Of a stretch of 62,050 bases of DNA, positions 12,008-24,000 are shown in pieces (the first letter of the stretch is position 1; every line of letters begins with the position of its first letter). Source of the stretch: Macrostomum lignano (Eukaryota). Below the pieces are notes generated by a model that worked only from the letters and a program-made list of their open reading frames with translations, did no database searches and was not told where the DNA came from. The position numbers and the translations under genes are program-made. The stretch is from assembly GCA_002269645.1 (NCBI GenBank), contig NIVC01003492.1, forward strand, positions 1 to 62,050, written 5' to 3'.

Positions 12008-15000
12008 GAGTGGCTTGAAAATTGGACTGTCGATGTGGGAGATTAAAGGCCTCGTCCCGGTCTAGTTGGGATTTTAAAATGCTTATCGGGATGAGGAGGG
12101 CGGGCGTGAGAACCCGCACGGACTGGGGTGGGGCGGCTGCAGGAAGGGTATGCAGGCAATCAATCCAACAGCGCCATGGTAACATAACAACAAATCGGAG
12201 AAGAGGGGTTGTGAGGTGAGGCAGTAAAGTTTCATGCGGGGCTGTGGGTGGAAAGCAGAGGGACAGACTTGGGAACAAGAGAAAACGTAGGATAGATTCT
12301 GTACTCAGCATCTCTGAATCCATCTAGCGCTCATGATAGAATGGGCAAAAGCCTATGCATTTATCGCATCAGGCAACCCCTCTTCCATCAGATGCCTGTC
12401 GCAGCAGGTAGGGGTTGGAAATATCTGTTTGCAGCGGGAGGCCTCGGGCATGATGGAAGCCTGGATAGAAGGAAGAGGCAGTTTGAGAAGGGATATTAAA
12501 ATCAGGCTAGGTTACGGGTCCACGGATCAACCAGCCATCTCGTCTCCAAGTCAACGCTCGCGTAGAACAATTGAGCTAAGCAGCCCCCTATCCACTCCCT
12601 CAGATCAGCAAGCAGCAACAGTTTCACAAACTGCATCAATCTGCAGGCAGCCATGGCAGCATCTCTCAGAGTATGGCGCAAAACAAAAAAAAATAGTCAA
12701 AGGCTTGGAGACAGACAGCTGTTAGGCAAATGAGATGGCTTGCCGTTGAATAAGCTGCACCCTGTTTGCACCCATTATTCGCGCGCGATGATCTGTGGCA
12801 GTCGCGCAATTTACTTGACGTGAAGCAAATTTAAGCACTTGAAACGCTCTCAGCTTTTTCAAATCTCAAGACTGCAGTTCAGCAACCATTTTAAGAGGCT
12901 TTAAGCTTATTTGTCATGCTCTAGGCAGAAATTTCTCTCGAGACTTGTTTTTTGTATCTAGATACTAGAAAGGCAATTATAAGCTACTTGCTTATGATTT
13001 TTCCTTAATCAATAGAGAATATCATAATATAGGCCTCAGCTCTAGCCTCTTACTAATGCACGCATATCAGTTCGGCTAGGTACGATGGATTATCCTCAAG
13101 ATAATGATCGCCTCTTGCAAGCAGCTGCAAATATCAGTTTATAAGGCTTATAGATATTCAGATGTGAACTAAATATATATTCTAATAGAAGAACATGTAC
13201 TTGAACATGTTATATGCTGCATGTGCTTAATTATATTGTAAGTCAAACAGCTAGTTTTTTCAGGTAATAGGCTTTTAAATTGTTTTTTAAATGCCCATTT
13301 AAATCCCATGTAGTACAGTGCCAGCTTAAATTGTTGGCCAATTGAAGTACTAAAATGAGTCTGAGCTCAGAAACTAAAAGCTCGGGACTAATCGATTACT
13401 CTTCAGGCTTCTATCAACGATAAATTATACCAGCCACCTATAAATAAAAAGTAAATCTTTTTTAGACATCATATATACAATGGTTATTTCCTAGAAGTGA
13501 AATGTCCGGTACCATATTATATATTTCTAAATTCTTGTTGTATTTCTTAGGACGTGCAACAAAAGAAATTTAACGGGTTTTAATGAGCCCCTTACAAATG
13601 CGTAAAAACAAAGGTGTAAAAATATGCAAGTTTTAGACTTAGCTGAAAGCATATTTATACCTATTTTTTTACTTTTGTTTTCGTAAAAATGCATTATTAT
13701 CTGTTTAAAATTAGGAGATTCGATTTTTATTATCGTATTAGAGTTTTTTTCTGTTGCTTAAATTAATTATAAATTAATATTTCAATTACCGTGTACTAGA
13801 GCAAGAGGACTTCAAATGCCTAGAAAAAGTCACTTGTATTAAAGCGGAAGAGGTATAGCTAGAAGACAAGACATTTTAAGACTAAGGCTGATGTTCTTAT
13901 TGACTCATTTTCGTACATTTATGCCTTCTGTCACTGTGTAGACTGTAGTTCTAGTTCTAGTTTTTTGTTTATGACTTTTCCTCCTAATATTGGTATGAAA
14001 ACATTGTCATGAATGCATATGACTTGCCTGTAGGTCGCTTAATATCAGCACTAATTGCAAGTAGATTTTGTTGATGAATGCGTTTGGCTAGTTATGTTGC
14101 TGCACTTTTATCTAAAACTGTAAAAGCATTTATGTAAGGTTATTACTTATTAATATTAGTAGAATTATATTTTAATGTAGTGGACAAGAATTTTATATCT
14201 CCATCAGTATTTAATTGCAAATTTTATTTGACCACATAGATCATATGGAAGTATAAGAATGCTTAATTTTTAACTAAAAGAGTATGTGTACTTATAATAA
14301 TAGTTGCAAATATTTTCCCTTAGTCTAAGACATTTTTTCTAATTCTAATAGTAGAAATTGTAGCTGTTCAACATGGTAAAGCATTATAAATAATTTCCAT
14401 TTGTTAATTTTTTAGACCCTAAAGTATTTTAAGCATATTATTAAAGGTTTTTTAGTTTAAAGATTCAATAAATATATCCTTATCCTATTCTTATTTATAT
14501 TAGAAATGTTGTATCTAAAGCTTTAAAAATGAAATATCACTTACAAATTAATTCTAGTTTAGTATATAATGCTAGTATAACCAATTTTTTAAGTTTAAAT
14601 ATATAGCTCTAACATTTTTAGTTTCTATAGTATTGAATTATATTAAAAATAATTAGTTTACTTTATTTAGAGAAACTATTCAATTTTTCTATTTCAGTTT
14701 TATGTATATACTTTATGTTAAAGCTTAATTTTAAATGCAGCTCTTAATTATATTAAATTAAAAATTCCTTTATTTGTGTTAATTTAGATATTGATTTATA
14801 ATTTTTACTTATCATGTAGTTTATATACCTATTGAATAATTGTTCTATTGTATGGTGTTAAGTTTGTTTGTATAGCCTTAAGAAATATTTATGTGCTTGC
14901 AATATACTATATCACAAATAAGAGCAATAGTTAGACTAGAATTTGTATAGGTATTAAAATAAATAATTAAAATAGAAAACTCATTTATCTAATAATTATA

Positions 15001-15403
15001 TATTAATGTTTATTTACAGTTACTTATTTATAAAGCGAATTTAAGTTTTCTTAAAATTAGAGTATAGTAAACCTTTCTTAAACCTTATAGTAAGCCTTAT
15101 AGTAAACGAGCGTATTGATTTTGTTGATCCTCATAAAATAAAGACTGTGCTGCTTTGTGTTAAGCCTTTCACTAAGCTATTTTGCTCTTTTTGGCTAGGC
15201 CTTTTTGTTTTTCAACAGTTCTTTGCTAAAGGACTACATGTAAAATTGTCTCCTTGGCCTACATGCAGACTCTAGTTTGACTATTTCATTTTTATCCAAT
15301 AAATTTATGCTATCGATATATTAACTTTAGCTGCCTATTTACCAATATATTTCAAACTATTTCCTGAAACTGCTCATTGAAACCTTAATGCTCTATTTTT
15401 GTC

Positions 15404-18400
15404 ATGCCAAACATATTTTTGGCCGTCCTTTTGCTGTTAAATCTGCTTGGCAATGGTTGCCAAGGCAGTCGCCTGGCGTCTGTGGCATCGAACCGGTCAA
15501 ACGAGAAGCTGCTAATTGAGGAGCTAATTAGCAGGTACCGGGAGAAAGGCCTGCTGGGCCGGCCCGTCAAGGAGTACGACAACCTGGTTCAGATCAAGTT
15601 CGGTCTGGCGTTCGTGCAGATCCTTGACCTGGACGAGAACAAGCAGCTGCTGCGCACGAACTGCTGGCTGCGGTACCAGTGGCGGGACCATCATCTGAAC
15701 TGGCGGAACTGGTCCCACCCCTTGTTCAAAAACCTCACGCAGATCCGCGTGTTCCCCGACCTCATCTGGACGCCGGACATTCAACTGCTAAACTTCGCTG
15801 ACGAGCGGCTGTCGGAGCGCCGGGAGGCTCGCATCGTGGTGTACGAGGACGGCTCGGTGCTGTGGGTGCCGCAGTCGCTGTTCAAGAGCACCTGTCCAGT
15901 TGAGATCCTGCACTTCCCGTTCGACACGCAACTTTGCCAGCTCGAGTTCGGCTCCTGGACCTACGACATGACCCAGATGAACATCACCTGGTACGACTAC
16001 GAGATCACCTACGACAACAACACGCAGGGCCTGGAGCCCAACCCGTACATCGACTACACCAACTACATCCGCAGCCAGGAGTGGCGCACCGACGGCGAGG
16101 ACGAGCCGGGCATCTGGCCATCGCGCCGGCGCCTGCAGATCCGCTCCGTGGTTCGCTGCCGCACCGTCACCTTCCAGTCCGCGGACGGCAAGCAGTACAA
16201 CCGCACCTACAAGACCCTGCGCTACCGGGTGCTCATGCGGCGCAGCGCCTCTTTCTACCTCTCCATTCTTGTACTGCCCTGCATTCTGCTCTCCTGCCTC
16301 ACCTGGGTCATCTTCTGGCTGCCGCCCGAGTCTCCAGCCAAGATGCAGCTCGGCATGAACATCTTCGTGGCCTTCTTCATCTTGATGCTGTTGCTGGCCG
16401 AGACCACCCCATCCGCCGTGAAAAACTTCCCGCTGATTGGCTACTACTACTGCCTGAACATGATCATGATCACCCTCAGCACCTTCCTGGCTGTCATTGT
16501 CGTCAATCTGCACTTTGGCGCCGATCGCCGCGCCCCGCTGAGCCCTTTCGTCCGCCAGCTGGTCATCGAGGGCATCGGCCGGCTCTACATGGTGCGGCAG
16601 AGCATCCCGCTGGCCAGCCACAAGCCGCCGCCGCAGCAGCAGCTGCTCTCCTCGCAGCCACAGAATCAGCAGCACGGCAGTCTGGCCACATCGCCTGCTC
16701 AGCAGCACCAGGTGAGTTTGCCTTCTCGATGGTCTTATTTAATTCGTTTGGGGGTTTTGGCTTTTGTGTCCATCTGCAGGTGATTTTAACTGATTGTCTG
16801 TCTGCAGGTGAGTGCAGCTGGTTGCCTGTCTGTCTGCAGGTGAGTGCAGCTGGTTGCCTGTCTGTCTGCAGGTGAGTGCAGCTGATTGTCTGTCTGTCTG
16901 CAGGTGAGTGCAGCTGGTTGCCTGTCTGTCTGCAGGTGAGTGCAGCTGATTGTCTGTCTGTCTGTCTGCAGATGAGTGCAGCTGGTTGCCTGTCTGTCTG
17001 CAGGTGAGTGCAGCTGGTTGCCTGTCTGTCTGCAGGTGAGTGCAGCTGGTTGCCTGTCTGTCTGCAGGTGAGTGCAGCTGGTTGCCTGTCTGTCTGCAGG
17101 TGAGTGCAGCTGGTTGCCTGTCTGTCTGCAGGTGAGTGCAGCTGGTTGTCTGTCTGTCTGCAGGTGAGTGCAGCTGATTGTCTGTCTGTCTGTCTGCAGA
17201 TGAGTGCAGCTGGTTGCCTGTCTGTCTGCAGGTGAGTGCAGCTGGTTGTCTGTCTGTCTGCAGGTGAGTGCAGCTGGTTGTCTGTCTGTCTGCAGGTGAG
17301 TGCAGCTGGTTGCCTGTCTGTCTGCAGGTGAGTGCAGCTGATTGTCTGTCTGTCTGTCTGCAGGTGAGTGCAGCTGGTTGTCTGTCTGTCTGCAGGTGAG
17401 TGCAGCTGGTTGTCTGTCTGTCTGCAGGTGAGTGCAGCTGGTTGCCTGTCTGTCTGCAGGTGAGTGCAGCTGATTGTCTGTCTGTCTGTCTGCAGGTGAG
17501 TGCAGCTGATTGTCTGTCTGTCTGTCTGCAGGTGAGTGCAGCTGATTGTCTGTCTGTCTGTCTGCAGGTGAGTGCAGCTGGTTGCCTGTCTGTCTGCAGG
17601 TGAGTGCAGCTGGTTGCCTGTCTGTCTGCAGGTGAGTGCAGCTGGTTGTCTGTCTGTCTGCAGGTGAGTGCAGCTGGTTGTCTGTCTGTCTGCAGGTGAG
17701 TGCAGCTGGTTGTCTGTCTGTCTGCAGGTGAGTGCAGCTGGTTGCCTGTCTGTCTGCAGGTGAGTGCAGCTGGTTGTCTGTCTGTCTGCAGGTGAGTGCA
17801 GCTGGTTGCCTGTCTGTCTGCAGGTGAGTGCAGCTGGTTGTCTGTCTGTCTGCAGGTGAGTGCAGCTGGTTGCCTGTCTGTCTGCAGGTGAGTGCAGCTG
17901 GTTGCCTGTCTGTCTGCAGGTGAGTGCAGCTGGTTGTCTGTCTGTCTGCAGGTGAGTGCAGCTGGTTGTCTGTCTGTCTGCAGGTGAGTGCAGCTGGTTG
18001 TCTGTCTGTCTGCAGGTGAGTGCAGCTGGTTGTCTGTCTGTCTGCAGGTGAGTGCAGCTGGTTGCCTGTCTGTCTGCAGGTGAGTGCAGCTGGTTGTCTG
18101 TCTGTCTGCAGGTGAGTGCAGCTGATTGTCTGTCTGTCTGTCTGCAGGTGAGTGCAGCTGATTGTCTGTCTGTCTGCCTGCTTAGGCAAAGACGCCGGCC
18201 CCGACCCCGCAGCCGAAGTTGCACATGCCGCAGCTGAAGTACAATAAGTTCGACTCTCGCCGTCCGAGCAACGCTGCCGAGGACTCTCCGATCCTGGCTG
18301 GCGGCCACGCTGGCGCGGTGGAAAAGGACGTGCGCGAGGTGAAGCGCTGCCTGCGGATGTACCTGAGCCGCCTCAAGGAGAAGGAGCGCAAGAACGTGCT

Positions 18401-18551
18401 GGCAATGGAGTGGCGCACCTTCGCGCTTATCCTGGACCGCGTGTTCTTCTCCGCCTACGTCATGGCGATTCTCATTGCCGTCATCAGCCTGATCCCCAGG
18501 ACGCACCCGAAGCTGGAGTACAGCAACGAGGACCAGGAGTTCTGCCGCTGA
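15404..18551 (+). CDS. Cys-loop ligand-gated ion channel, nicotinic acetylcholine receptor-like non-alpha subunit, about 557 aa. Exons 15404..16711 and 18186..18551
   Basis: Signal peptide, WTPDIQLLN, Cys-loop CPVEILHFPFDTQLC, GSWTY and M1-M3 in exon 1; M4 EWRTFALILDRVFF in exon 2. Phase-0 intron CAG/GTGAGT .. CTTAG/GCA keeps the frame. Confidence 0.92.
16808..18185 (+). repeat. Intronic minisatellite, about 42 units of 32/36 nt, consensus GTGAGTGCAGCTGGTTGCCTGTCTGTCTGCAG
   Basis: Directly visible: 34 units of 32 nt, 7 units of 36 nt, and a final 38-nt unit that ends in the true acceptor. Confidence 0.97.
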
Positions 18552-19548
18552 CTTCACCGCCCCCGCTCTGTCTTTTCTCGCCTGCTTCACCTGCTGTCTG
18601 GCTGAAGTTGCAGAAAAACGATTCGGAAAGCTTCATTCTGGCACAGTCGCTCACCCAGGGTATTCGAGTCTCTTCTCACATTTTTGTGTGCTTTTTTGTT
18701 CAGCTCCCTTCTCATTCGGCTACTGTTTCTGGAATGTTTTTTAAATATTGCTCACAGCCTGACATTCAACCTTCTGTAAGCTCTGAGCTGAGGCAAATGC
18801 TCAGAGCATATTATTTAGCACTGAGTGAGGAGGCTCAAGCTGGCGGTCTGTATTTTTACACACGGCGCACCTGCTCTCTCGTCTGTGTCCTACTGCCGGG
18901 GTAAAAAATCTGTCCATTGATTTTATTGTCTAACTTAAAATTCTCGTGTTTAGAAATAGTTTGCATATTTGTGTGGCACAGTGTGGGAACTGACTGTTGC
19001 CTAAAATTTAACTCGCAGTGTCTTTTTTAGCATTGTAGGAGTTCCAAAATGTTGCTTACGGGGAAAAATGAAGACTATTTAAAGCCACAGAACTCAGCCA
19101 GTATCGAGTGTACTTTTCCCACTTGTAGCTCGCATTAAATTAGAAATGTTAAATCGCTGTTAGCTGACTTTTCTTTTTACTTGTCTTAGCAATCGAGAAG
19201 CAATTACTTATGCTAATGTTAACTTACTACTTGTTAGTAGGCCTGAGATTGCAAGCATTGATTTCCCCATGCACAATGTACTGTTTTAGTGTCGGCTCGG
19301 CTCTATATTTTACCATTCGAGGCGACATTTCTTTGTCAAAGAAAATTTTTTGTAAAGCCATGTACTTTAATCCTGCGTCTCCAAGTATTAGCAAAGAAAA
19401 TCTCTTTACTGGCATCAACGCCTTTTGCTCTACAATTCTGCTTCTGTTGCATTCACTCTTTGTCCGATCAAGGTTTGTCCTATCGCGAAATGCGTTCCTC
19501 TTAGTGCGCTGGAGTTTTAGCAGCTTTTGTTGCTGTTTATATCGCTGC

Positions 19549-19930
19549 TTATCTGGTCTGTTATCTGGTCATTCGGTTCGGCAGTTTTATCTGGTCATTG
19601 GGGCCAGCAGTTTTATCTGGTCATTCGGGTCGGCAGTTTTATCTGGTCATTCGGGCGGCAGTTTTATCTGGTCATTCGGGTCGGCAGTTTTATCTGGTCA
19701 TTCGGGTCGGCAGTTTTATCTGGTCATTCGGGCGGCAGCTTTATCTGGTCATTCGGGTCGGCAGTTTTATCTGGTCATTCGGGCGGCAGTTTTATCTGGT
19801 CATTGGGGCCAGCAGTTTTATCTGGTCATTCGGGTCGGCAATATCTAGTCATTAGGGTCAGCTGTATCTAGTCATTAGGGTCAGCAGTATCTAATCATTA
19901 GGGTCAGCAGATCTAGTCATTAGGGTCAAC
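19549..19930. repeat. Minisatellite of about 25-26 nt (TTTTATCTGGTCATTCGGGTCGGCAG) with degenerate distal units
   Basis: Directly visible tandem copies. Confidence 0.93.
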
Positions 19931-20387
19931 AGTCCTTTATTAGGTTCACCAGCTGTCCCCGTCCGCGAGGGCCATTGTTTCGCACATGGCTGAAGGATGG
20001 CAAGCAATATCAATGCCTTCTATTGTTATCCACTGTTTTATTTAGTCCTCAGTTTTTCTCGATGTCACACGCGTATCGCACTGTTTACAGGAGCACTCTT
20101 TATGTGTAGTTTGCCGCGTCCGGGTGTACAATGTACTTTTTGCACTGTGCGCCCGGCTGAACCTCACGAACAATTTTGGCAGACTGTGATTTTTTTATAT
20201 TATGGTTTAAGTGATTAGCACGACAGTTAGATGCAGTTTATTTAATTTCCTATGTGTTAGGCCTCACGCTGAGAGCAAATAAACCTTAGTTTTTTAGTTT
20301 ACTATAAAATACCGCTCTGATGTGCTTGTTCCATTTTTAATTCATTGGTCATTGCTAGAATGGTAGATTTTATCTTATCTCACAGGT

Positions 20388-20773
20388 TCCAACTGACACC
20401 TTGAGCAATCTGACACAAGCTCCAACTGACACCTTGAGCAATCTGACACACGCTCCAACTGACACCTTGAGCAATCTGACACAAGCTCCAACTGACACCT
20501 TGAGCAATCTGACACAAGCTCCAACTGACACCTTGAGCAATCTGACACAAGACTTGAGCAATCTGACACTGACACCTTGAGCAATCTGACACACTCCAAC
20601 TGACACCTTGAGCAATCTGACACAAGCTCCAACTGACACCTTGAGCAATCTGACACAAGCTCCAACTGACACCTTGAGCAATCTGACACAAGCTCCAACT
20701 GACACCTTGAGCAATCTGACACACGCTCCAACTGACACCTTGAGCAATCTGACACACGCTCCAACTGACACCT
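20388..20773. repeat. 33-nt minisatellite (CTCCAACTGACACCTTGAGCAATCTGACACAAG), about 11-12 copies
   Basis: Directly visible tandem copies, with two truncated units in the middle. Confidence 0.93.
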
Positions 20774-21094
20774 GACCTGGCGAGGGGCTGTCAGCTAAAA
20801 ATTTGCAATGGAGCCTGAAATGAAGCTTCGGACCAAATCGACTGTAACTTGGGAGCACCTGGAATGTCTCGGTGTGCCTCTGCTGTCGAGCGCAGTCGGT
20901 TTGGTCCGGAGCTCTGAGTCGGGCTGCATATTGAATTGCAAGTTGTTGGCACCCCCCTTTTTCAACAGTCCAATCGGAGAATAAGCAAAACTATTTACAA
21001 TGTCACTTTGGTGCACTTTGTGCATTCTTCCAGTTTCACCGCATTCTGAGCTTCCTGAAGTAGCCGATCGCCGCGCCATCGAGGGCGTCCGTCG

Positions 21095-24000
21095 ATGCTG
21101 AGCTGCCGCCGCCCATCTGGTCGGCCTTTCGCCGCCAGATTTTTCCCTCTGTTGCCAGTGCTGCTGCTGCTGCTGCTGCTGCTTCTGGCCACTGCTGCTG
21201 GCTCTGTCAGCGGAGGCAGTGGCGTGCTCTACACCCCAGTTGACGGCGTCACTCCGCTGGACTTCCGTCAGCTGAGAGCGGCAGTCTATGACCCAGGCCG
21301 GCAGCGGCACTGGCTGCTGCAGGTTTACCACGCCTCCTGCGGCCACTGCATTGCTTACTCCGGCGCATTCAAGAAGCTGGCCAGCGAGCTTTGGCGTGAG
21401 TCCACCAGTCACCCGGGAAATCCGTTTTTCCCAAATTGCATGCATCCCCTAGAATGGTCATTACGCTCGTAACGGTACTAGTACTCGAGACAAGACTGAA
21501 TTGATCCTTGTGAGAAAATCACTACGGGTGTACATTGACCGCTTTCTGACTTGGATTCGGGGCTCTCTGAACAGTCAGTCTTGGGTGAGAGGGGTGCGGA
21601 GTCACTGGCTCATCACCTGTTCATCTAATGTTAAAGAGGCTTAAAGTCCAGTCGATTATCAATAGACGTTAATCAATAGAAGTTACTTGGGTACGAGTAC
21701 TCGTTACTGCGTACTTTGTCAAGCAGTTAAGGGCGAAGTTGACTGTTACGAGTAGCAGTTGCATGTAATCGGGAGCTCGAGCTCTAGTTTACCACTTCTC
21801 CCAATAGATGTCTCATTACCATATCGGGCACCGAGAAAAGCCCCAACCACAGTAGTGTGCCAATTCCCATCGACTCCCAAGGGCACAAAGCAGTGCCCCA
21901 ACCACAGTAGTGTGCCAATACCCATCGACTCCCAAGGGCACAAAGTAGGGCCCCAACCACAGTAGTGTGCCAATACCCATCGACTCCCAAGGGCACAAAG
22001 CAGGGCCCCAACCACAGTAGTGTGCCAATACCCATCGACTCCCAAGGGCACAAAGCAGGGCCCCAACCACAGTAGTGTGCCAATACCCATCGACTCCCAA
22101 GGGCACAAAGCAGTGCCCCAACCACAGTAGTGTACCAATTCCCATCGACTCCCAAGGGCACAAAGCAGTGCCCCAACCACAGTAGTGTGCAAATACCCAT
22201 CGACTCCCAAGGGCACAAAGCAGGGCCCTAAACCACAGTAGTGTGCCAATACCCATCGACTCCCAAGGGCACAAAGCAGGGCCCCAACCACAGTAGTGTG
22301 CCAATACCCACCGACTCCCAAGGGCACAAAGCAGGGCCCCAACCACAGTAGTGTGCCAATACCCATCGACTCCCAAGGGCACAAAGCAGGGCCCCAACCA
22401 CTTTTTATTAGAGGCAGGGGGGTTGTGTGCACCCTGGCGCAATTTAAGCGTCATTGGCACACAACCGGCGAGAGGCATTACTGCCCATTCCGCCGACTCC
22501 CCTGAGCAGGCATACAAGCGCGCGGATACGTACGCAGGCACACGCTCACACAGGAGTGTACAGCGGCCCTAACTTTATCAATTGTTAGGCATGTACACTT
22601 CACTGCGCCTTGGGGGGTTGGCTCTCAAGGCCGTTAATTGCACAAGCGAGCCAAGCCAAGATTCCAATCCAGCCCCAAATTAATGTGGCTGCACTTGGAA
22701 TCGAGCCTGGGTCGCGGCACACCAGAGCAGCTGCGCTACCGCTGGGCTACGGCCCCCACGGGCCCCAACCACAGTAGTGTGCCAATTCCCATCGACTCCC
22801 AAGGGCACAAAGCAGGGCCCCCACCACCCAAAAATATTTTGTCGCCGTCGGATTCTGATTATCGGACGAATTGTAAACTGGGTTTCTCCTCAGCCTGGCG
22901 TTACACTCTGCGCATCGGCGTGATCGACGTGGCGAAGCAAAGGAATGCCCGGGCGATGCGGCACTTCGGCCTCTCCGGTGTACCGTCGCTGCTTTATGTG
23001 GCGCCCAACTGCAGCTGGGCCAGCGGCTTCTCCGCCGCCCTGCCCAGGGACACCAGCGAGCTTCCCGAGCGGCTGCTGGACCTCATGGAGCCCTTTGTGC
23101 CGCAGCTGCGTCCGCTGCAGCCCGGGTGAGTTCCGGTCCGAACTCTCAGTGCTGTGCTGAGTGCTGATGGCAGATTGCATCAGTGAGAGATGCCGTGCTG
23201 AGTGCTAATGGCGGATTGCATCAGTAAGAAATGCCGTGCTGAGTGCTGATGGCGGATTGCATCAGTGAGAGATGCCGTGCTGAGTGCTGATGGTTAAGCC
23301 CTTCTCTTTCAGCGAAACTGCAGACTGCGATTTCATCCTGGAGGAGCCGCGGCCCGGCGTCCTGTCGCGCGGCCTCATTCTGGAGGCGCTGCACGTCCGC
23401 AGCCTGCGCTGGCGAGCGTCGGTGGACTCCGCCCCCGCCGTGCGGCTGAGCCGCGTGGCCGCCGACGGTTCCAGCGCCCCGGCTGGCTCGGCCAGCGATG
23501 CCGCCAGCCTGCGCCGCCTCATCGGCTTGAAGCAGCCGACGCGCCCCACACCGACAGGCGACACCGCACCGTCGAGTCCGAAGGCGCCGCGGCCGCCGAC
23601 ACGAGCGGACTTAAAAAGCGCGCTGATCCGCGCCCTGGTGTCGGACGTGGCGCTGGCCGGACCCGGCCGGCCCCGGGTCTGGCGAGCGGCCCGCGACGTC
23701 GCCAGGCTAGCCGCCCCGCTGCTGCCTGCCGCCGGTCGCCTGGCCGCCGCCATGCCGGAGTCGCTGCCGGCCGCCTTGGCTGGCGAAGCGTCGGCCGCTA
23801 TCTGGCAGCACCTGCTGGCCGAGTCCGGTTTCCCCGAGAAGCCGCCGGACAACTGGGTGGCCTGCGCCGGCTCGCGGCCCTACTTTAGAGGCTACCCGTG
23901 CGGCCTGTGGCAGGTGGGTCCAGCGTGTTTTTGTCGCCAGTTTTGAATCCTCCTTGTTGATTTTCCTAATTATTTTCATCCCGACCACTGCCTGGACCCT

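Noticed and set aside
16563-18590. 675-aa and 467-aa repetitive minus-strand ORFs
   Set aside because: Translations of the intronic minisatellite; unit lengths of 32/36 nt cycle through frames.
21841-22401. Regular arrays that could be mistaken for CRISPR (also 34961..35873 and 39007..39426)
   Set aside because: Units are contiguous with no unique spacers, the context is eukaryotic, and no cas genes are present.
22685-22757. Possible functional tRNA gene
   Set aside because: Acceptor and T stems are mispaired and the anticodon loop is 6 nt; it is better explained as a SINE head.
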